From positions 1 to 64,000 of the IMG/VR virus record IMGVR_UViG_3300031576_001126: DNA of 64,000 bases; one strand, given 5' to 3'. A model generated the notes under the pieces. It was not told the DNA's origin, searched no databases, and was given only the letters and a program-made list of their open reading frames with translations. The stretch is from a virus. Both the position numbers and the translations under genes were made by a program. How positions within the stretch are numbered: the stretch's first letter is position 1; every line of letters starts with the position of its first letter. Of the stretch, positions 60,401 through 64,000 are shown in pieces.

Positions 60401-61219
60401 GCCAATAACGGTTCTGTTGCTGGTGCTTTTGCTTCTTTTGAATCAAACAATAGTTCATTGGAATTTGATCTTGGTCAAACAGTTCCGATAACAAGGATAA
60501 CAATGAATGTTGCTGGAGAAGAAGAAACAAACACAAGAACACTTCAAGTTGACACTTGGGATGGAACCACTCTTTCGGAAGGGAATCCTCAGTTTGATAA
60601 TGTTTTTACAGGATCTGTGCCAAATTATGGGTTTTCATTAGTTAGATGGAAAGCAAGACCAAAAGAAAGATCGAGAGAAGTGGAAGTTGAATTCTTGGAT
60701 TCATCAGCGCCATATACTCCAGATCCATTATTAAACGACTTAGAACTTGGCGATTTTTTACTTGATTTTAACAACATATCTAATAATTCTGGGCTTCTTT
60801 TAAGATCCGGTTTGTCTGGATGGTCGTTTAGGCCATCTGTTTTTAAAGATAGATCAATTAGCGTATCTTCAAGTGAAGGAAGATTTGAAAGCGGAGATGA
60901 TGAAGATTATGTGGATGAAAATACAGATGGTTTTATTGTCGTTAATGCGCAAATGGATGAAGGTGGACCGTTTAAGGATGATGGAACAGGAAATGCCATC
61001 GGGCTTCTTGAAAACAAATTAAGTATAGATTTTTCAGCAAGAGATGTTAGAAAGATAAAAATAACTTTAAGGAATCAATTGTTCGGTGGAAGTTCTCTTA
61101 AAATCAATGGATTGCGAGTCTATACGCCAATTGTGGATTCTTTAGGAATGGCCATATTTCCAGTTTCAATGCCTGAATTGACAATAAGATTCAAAATCAA
61201 TGTTTCAACGGAAAAGTAA
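54464..61219 (+). CDS. Giant tail appendage protein (2251 aa), paralogue of 42010-54450
   Basis: Shared blocks QKF.IT..W.GQVF, GAVCFG, TPGKL..YVADSDL, DSLSSIYEAERLK, PKVSDLELYPRSKALRWIE, KTYGIKELPQNWG and VNAQMDE.GPF. Confidence 0.75.
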   Translation: MSTRTDFKIKTSESFFNLPDTSNVAVQKFTITNENWIGQVFISKSSELQKFFFLCNDTEGLEVFIHKADVSTSNGRTIYTPNQIVVSIIHEVDGLSPFQVIEKDNPDSVASWNYPNWLATPQTANDQEEPYIVVFKTTSDKKPEVYYTFEYRQPIFPQIIGWNGEAWSNNNISTKTVNKTQIGAVCFGFIGNNLREHDLDLGSLIVGGRDTARRGYPVFIFAENISSQNDNIILDFSTVSPEDSSLGTPEETSKSMMKWYRFNRNTLPTSKNLELLDAEFKTELNAENNFVLFIHPDKLSPFADTYLPPSDIEMISNKIGVVPIYDSGETNNRFATDFTNRFQKKFWAKFSKDTILDPIISTITTSEKDLDEKSLSGFLNGNFANGTTSWLTSGSTIVSETGTGNFLTGNGITNSKSIKFNHPSSGASFGSQSHPSFFQSITTQNLESQITGNSVYDSITPADELENPSDPDGDGTSGRLHYVYYVKRSMTGFAATENGITRLAFVKQNGQSYIEIVPNYEEILPEGETVPTTISPLDGYEYSDTQGWVRISGYFNLRTGGSYTIDFSPTGAYINGTSYFVIRPTIPASTQEVFVDEVSLTYFDATQITQTDDIITGRNASGSRNPDYIDFSFENPNGEVDIVKKLTLSSDILDGSLTEKELVRGFDKVVFYKGKYVFFSKKTIDGLLVSSPASIPATPGKLVVYVADSDLTNFQKKTVQLLDSSPSTLGIGTGGTEKTYIIGLNDTIVTNVSGEETILFLTKTFVALGVSPISYPSQFDIGYYQGDLSESTINIQLINHESTGALDLSSTPIDRYFGSFAHLDSRILSDDKNNAIFISPNNLNNIYISASSDNCSQNKFVGLGLWKIDLNDSLSSIYEAERLKPNFEIQAIDINLGTLNTAQTGISSFRDSRITFVLYDGNTTYLGVRGRTLWTQPLSVNVLSEQNTCRIYRTVDFVTFEQLLGNEPIYSSGNLPSWLAEFSSIEDLFTTSGLGDEIINNDVKFMYKVGNILHAWICPHFFDEKNTPMHIGIDTNNKLISVLRKFPIENVGDSNYEISPKVSDLELYPRSKALRWIEDGSVNGNYIYICGADTLSSNTENPTQDIININDNVPVCHSYPDSYSARWIMYDDRIINKPFVSDINNRKFFMFIPNSTSLIAIGVGRDSAELVKDYPSITSTYADLAVKLNSDVGYYKENPPVNKIKILDMRDGTNITVINNTGISGGENFGTINNGIFVTNNNVYITKGSDFRIYTSASILNPNSSVFGSVSISSPFGKKFFGTVSVFEPNIAVGIIVDLATGFLSSLVLINISNKAFPSAIQYLPNLPFGESYLSLDFSDTGNTLYAAGRNVSGNFIDIFDVSSSMLNFVTRLQTGSTFFFTDRIKVQRGKNKIIYNISNVVFVYDISAELNPILMDSIGFLANIAFISFLNGGHPESDEIDDIIFVVLTNGEINALDISNISIDGIVTLYNKKILNSVVPFTHFSDIGSSIKIREGFETIRGKGIYNGKTVIKFDHDEKSSTFKKYPALFPDDSTVETKPRVGMYCGLVSYGSDENIGIENDTNNIISKLFSYGGINYISVNNENSGFNLYKTYGIKELPQNWGNSYRDIEGNLADINTYYSLDIDKAAFENVFFGKETFKNISRISETINSNNTYFISELKTNNLSSNFIDIDTDNPERNLVFLNLNYKKPQHISMFYNLNYFGDGSDILDLSDTNTSETELTFTSAQTLEKLFTDPDQIITIPLAQEVSNDPSNRTFIRKTLPADISSNFFRIESSSVYDNEANGINVYIKSLSVNDVSLSFPDSETAIKTVVVNGIVYGTSQSPENIIENDAILPPDGEIIIDFTKPIYINEINFKAKYSSPDFKGVGRAEFEFLAITNIEKESTGNDLVSSKDWISLGNSVFYGNLNNESEISKKNILSYIQSIRIILKSSISITIKELSIRGFSSGLLNQFVSSGDIKSQELILVDDIFGLLEANNGSVAGAFASFESNNSSLEFDLGQTVPITRITMNVAGEEETNTRTLQVDTWDGTTLSEGNPQFDNVFTGSVPNYGFSLVRWKARPKERSREVEVEFLDSSAPYTPDPLLNDLELGDFLLDFNNISNNSGLLLRSGLSGWSFRPSVFKDRSISVSSSEGRFESGDDEDYVDENTDGFIVVNAQMDEGGPFKDDGTGNAIGLLENKLSIDFSARDVRKIKITLRNQLFGGSSLKINGLRVYTPIVDSLGMAIFPVSMPELTIRFKINVSTEK

Positions 61220-61221
61220 GA

Positions 61222-62553
61222 ATGGCAAGTCAGATTCAATTCGATATATCAATATCCGCTTCTGCTCCAATTGTCGCTGCAATTGGTTCGGCTAATCTTT
61301 TATTGAATGGAAGTTTTGAAAGTTTTGAATCTCTTACTCCTTTTCTCCCTTCGGATTGGGTTTTGCTTCCACTTCCTCCGGGACCAGGAAGTCCTGTTTT
61401 TGGACCTGAGACATCAACTGTTTTTGATGAAATAAAAAGCCTTAAGTGGTCCCACGATGGAATCGGGCAGCGTCCAAGCATTCAACAAATAATAACCGCT
61501 CAAACATACATGGATGGTAAAACCATGAAGGTGACCGGGAAAATCAGGTCATCAACATCAGACAAACAAACTTTGTCTATGTCGGTAGGCATTAACGGAG
61601 TTGGAACACCAACTCTTGTCTTGCCAAATGGTAGTCAGAATGAGAACATAGAAACTCCAGAAACTGGGGTTGTTTTTAATTTAGAATATGATAATCAACA
61701 ATGGTATGATTTTGATTTTTATTATCATGTTCCAGAATCTGGAATTTTTTCATTAGGCCCAGTTCTTTTCCCAACAGCGACAGACAGTACCACGGAAGTT
61801 TATCTCGATGATGTAAGAATGTTTTTTGAAATAACGAATAGGTCGGAATCGTGGAGAATAGATCTTGAACCAATTGATAATCTTCTTTATGGATATGGAT
61901 ATGGGTATTCATATGATTTTATAAATGTTGGAGATCCAATTGACTTAACCGATTTGAGTTATTTTAATGTATTCGGTATTCTTGGAGATTATGAAGGAAT
62001 TGGATATAATAATACAGTAACAAATATTGACTTGCCATCTGAGTTTGTTGATGCCGGATATCAATATGGATTTGGTTATGAGTCAGGACCATTCTTCAAG
62101 GCTGACGGAGAAGACACCATAACAGTCAGAGCAACTGTTTTTGAAAACAATATAAGACAACCGAATATAAGAGTTGTTTTTAAAGCATCTCCGTTTGTTA
62201 CTTTGTCCCCGCATTCAACTACCACGGATGCTTTTGGAGAAGCCTTTTGTAATGTGAGTTTCAATTCCGATGTAAGCCAAAACACTTTAAGACAACCTGG
62301 AAATACAGTTTTATCAAATGTTAGCTTCAATGGATTTCTTTCGATATTTTGTGAGATTGATAAAAACCCAGAAGAAGAAGAGGGAATATTCTTAATACAA
62401 ACAAGCTCTGTGCAAGTAACGAACACATCCTTAAATATATTGGATATAGGAACATATGGGTTCGGAAAAAGGACATATGGGTATGGCTATAATTACGGAT
62501 ACGGTTATACTCCAAATAATTTTGATATAAATGATCTGTTTTTCATATCGTGA
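61222..62553 (+). CDS. Virion protein with CBM-like domain, YG module and Ig-like (Big-1-like) domain
   Basis: NLLLNGSFE..LKWSHDG..YLDDVR; YG module; ADGEDTITVRATV...TTDAFGEA invasin-type Ig motif; C-terminal YGYGYNYGYGY. Confidence 0.65.
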   Translation: MASQIQFDISISASAPIVAAIGSANLLLNGSFESFESLTPFLPSDWVLLPLPPGPGSPVFGPETSTVFDEIKSLKWSHDGIGQRPSIQQIITAQTYMDGKTMKVTGKIRSSTSDKQTLSMSVGINGVGTPTLVLPNGSQNENIETPETGVVFNLEYDNQQWYDFDFYYHVPESGIFSLGPVLFPTATDSTTEVYLDDVRMFFEITNRSESWRIDLEPIDNLLYGYGYGYSYDFINVGDPIDLTDLSYFNVFGILGDYEGIGYNNTVTNIDLPSEFVDAGYQYGFGYESGPFFKADGEDTITVRATVFENNIRQPNIRVVFKASPFVTLSPHSTTTDAFGEAFCNVSFNSDVSQNTLRQPGNTVLSNVSFNGFLSIFCEIDKNPEEEEGIFLIQTSSVQVTNTSLNILDIGTYGFGKRTYGYGYNYGYGYTPNNFDINDLFFIS

Positions 62554-62637
62554 GGTTAATTAAAAATGTCATCATTACTTTTTATGGGGAAAATATAAAG
62601 GATAAAAGATAAAAATATCTTAAAGAGGTATTTTCAA

Positions 62638-64000
62638 ATGATATCTAATTACAGTTCCATTTTATATTACAGCCCGAAGTCAAGGATTCCAACCATTATT
62701 CGTCCAATAAACAATAAATTTTGGACAACTGATAGAACCAATGTGTTGTTTGCCTGGATACACAATTCTTTTGATTTACAGTTGGAATATCAAATACAAG
62801 TTTATTCTTTCAATGTGAAACAACAAGCTATCCCCGATGAATGGGAACAATTAATCGAAGAAGGCAATGACGATGTTTCACCATTTGTTGGTTCGCCTGT
62901 TGTTGATATCTCGGAAATAACCACTGCTCAATTCAAATATATAGATTTTTCAAGCATAGCTCCATTCAATGACGTGGATGGGCAGTATCTTTTTCGCCTG
63001 AAAACAAGAGGGAATGTCGCTTCTGAGTGGTCTGATTGGAATACCGACGGAAGGTTGAATCTTGATGCCGTTAACCCAAAAATCAGGAATGTCTGTATTG
63101 AAAGTCCAAGCTCGTTTGACGAGAACAACAAACCCAATATGGCTTCTTTTATATCGGATTTGTCTATGCCCTTTATATCTTCCGAAAGAATAGTTGGTCT
63201 TGGAACAGTAGAGGATAGACACATAGATAGACAGGAAACAGATGGTCTATTTGTTTATTATGACTATAGAGATAATGCTATTGTTCTAAGGGCACAAAAA
63301 GGAGGGGCAACTACAAATCCAAGATTTTATGGAATGATATCTTTTCATGGAACTGAAAATAACATTGTTCCAGATTTTAGTATTCAATCAGCCATTAAAT
63401 CTTCATATCTTTACAAAATAAACAAGGGGCATCTTGAAGGACCCTTTGAACAAACCAGATTTGAAGATGAAAGCAATGGATTCTTTGTTGGAGATACTAT
63501 AGAAAAAATAATATATAAAGATGATTTTGGATCTACGGTAAACGATTTTATTCCAAAGGGGTTCCCAAAATTTTGGCAGGGTGGAATTTATGGTGGAGCT
63601 TCTGATCATGAAAAATATCCAGCAGGGATGGATAGAAACATTTCTTTCTTTTCTGTTTTTCCATTTAGCACGAAAGTCGTAACTAGAACACTAACCTTCC
63701 CACTAGCTGGGCCAACAGGATTTGACCAAACACAGACTTTTACAGATGCCATAGAACTAACATATCCTGTTCCGTATAACGATTTGTTTATTTTATTTGA
63801 TGGAGCCATGTCTAATATATTAGCTTATGGTCAATATAGAGATACAGATTTATCAGCAACAAAAGATAGTGGCGGAAGTTTTGTTCTTCTTCGAGGCTTG
63901 GATGTCGAAAGCTGGAGAGCCTCTGGACAATCCTTACCGAATCCAAAAGATGAACCAAAACATCAATTTTTCAATGTTACTGGAACAGTTTCCAATCCGC
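62638..64000 (+). CDS. Large structural protein with N-terminal FN3-like domain (truncated by window end)
   Basis: ATG at 62638 after an AGAGG RBS; the frame reads open in the parts translated by hand and at the window end. FAW..EYQIQV...YLFRLKTRG..SEWSDW FN3-like pattern. Absent from the ORF track because it has no stop in the window. Confidence 0.7.
   Translation, partial: MISNYSSILYYSPKSRIPTIIRPINNKFWTTDRTNVLFAWIHNSFDLQLEYQIQVYSFNVKQQAIPDEWEQLIEEGNDDVSPFVGSPVVDISEITTAQFKYIDFSSIAPFNDVDGQYLFRLKTRGNVASEWSDWNTDGRLNLDAVNPKIRNVCIESPSSFDENNKPNMASFISDLSMPFISSERIVGLGTVEDRHIDRQETDGLFVYYDYRDNAIVLRAQKGGATTNPRFYGMISFHGTENNIVPDFSIQSAIKSSYLYKINKGHLEGPFEQTRFEDESNGFFVGDTIEKIIYKDDFGSTVNDFIPKGFPKFWQGGIYGGASDHEKYPAGMDRNISFFSVFPFSTKVVTRTLTFPLAGPTGFDQTQTFTDAIELTYPVPYNDLFILFDGAMSNILAYGQYRDTDLSATKDSGGSFVLLRGLDVESWRASGQSLPNPKDEPKHQFFNVTGTVSNP

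Noticed and set aside
19963-63809. Numerous 60-150-aa antisense ORFs within the large + strand genes
   Set aside because: They are fully nested opposite long coding frames, as expected from codon bias, and have no recognisable motifs.
1-64000. Alternative genetic code (stop-codon reassignment, as in some large phages)
   Set aside because: Very long ORFs and tight gene packing under the standard code, with TAA, TAG and TGA all used as stops.
1-64000. tRNA/rRNA genes, inteins or group I introns
   Set aside because: No cloverleaf or rRNA-like segments were noticed in the short intergenic gaps, and no intein splice motifs or interrupted genes were recognised by eye. A covariance-model scan was not run.

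Overview
AT-rich, densely coding segment in the standard genetic code. It reads as the virion-morphogenesis region of a very large tailed phage. The left arm (- strand, 372-10223) encodes a fibre-type accessory protein, a sulfotransferase, a 1605-aa SHAEG-repeat (YadA-head-like) tail fibre and a GT-B (GT4-like) glycosyltransferase. The right arm (+ strand, 10297 to the window end) encodes an actin-fold ATPase, a Mu gp36-like adaptor, a tail terminator-like protein, a tail tube, two paralogous tail assembly chaperones and a tape measure protein. These are followed by very large tail-tip/adhesion proteins of 1749, 1079, 1373, 1899, 4146, 2251 and 443 aa, and one ORF truncated by the window end. 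No tail sheath gene is recognisable. There are three IS200/IS605 (tnpB-type) remnants at different stages of decay and a GIY-YIG homing endonuclease. Four observations stand out. (1) The 4146-aa protein has a nested, 'Russian-doll' architecture: about 11 N-terminal halves of a repeated beta-domain run out, and about 11 C-terminal halves come back. (2) A conserved Tyr/Gly-rich module (YGYGYG..DFFxxFG..GYG..FExxxAxxYxYGxGYE) is inserted into several unrelated virion proteins, in a genome that also carries a sulfotransferase. (3) Small domains are shuffled extensively between fibre proteins. (4) The G/GT tail chaperone pair appears to be made by gene duplication rather than by frameshift. All product calls come from motif recognition and synteny; no database searches were run.
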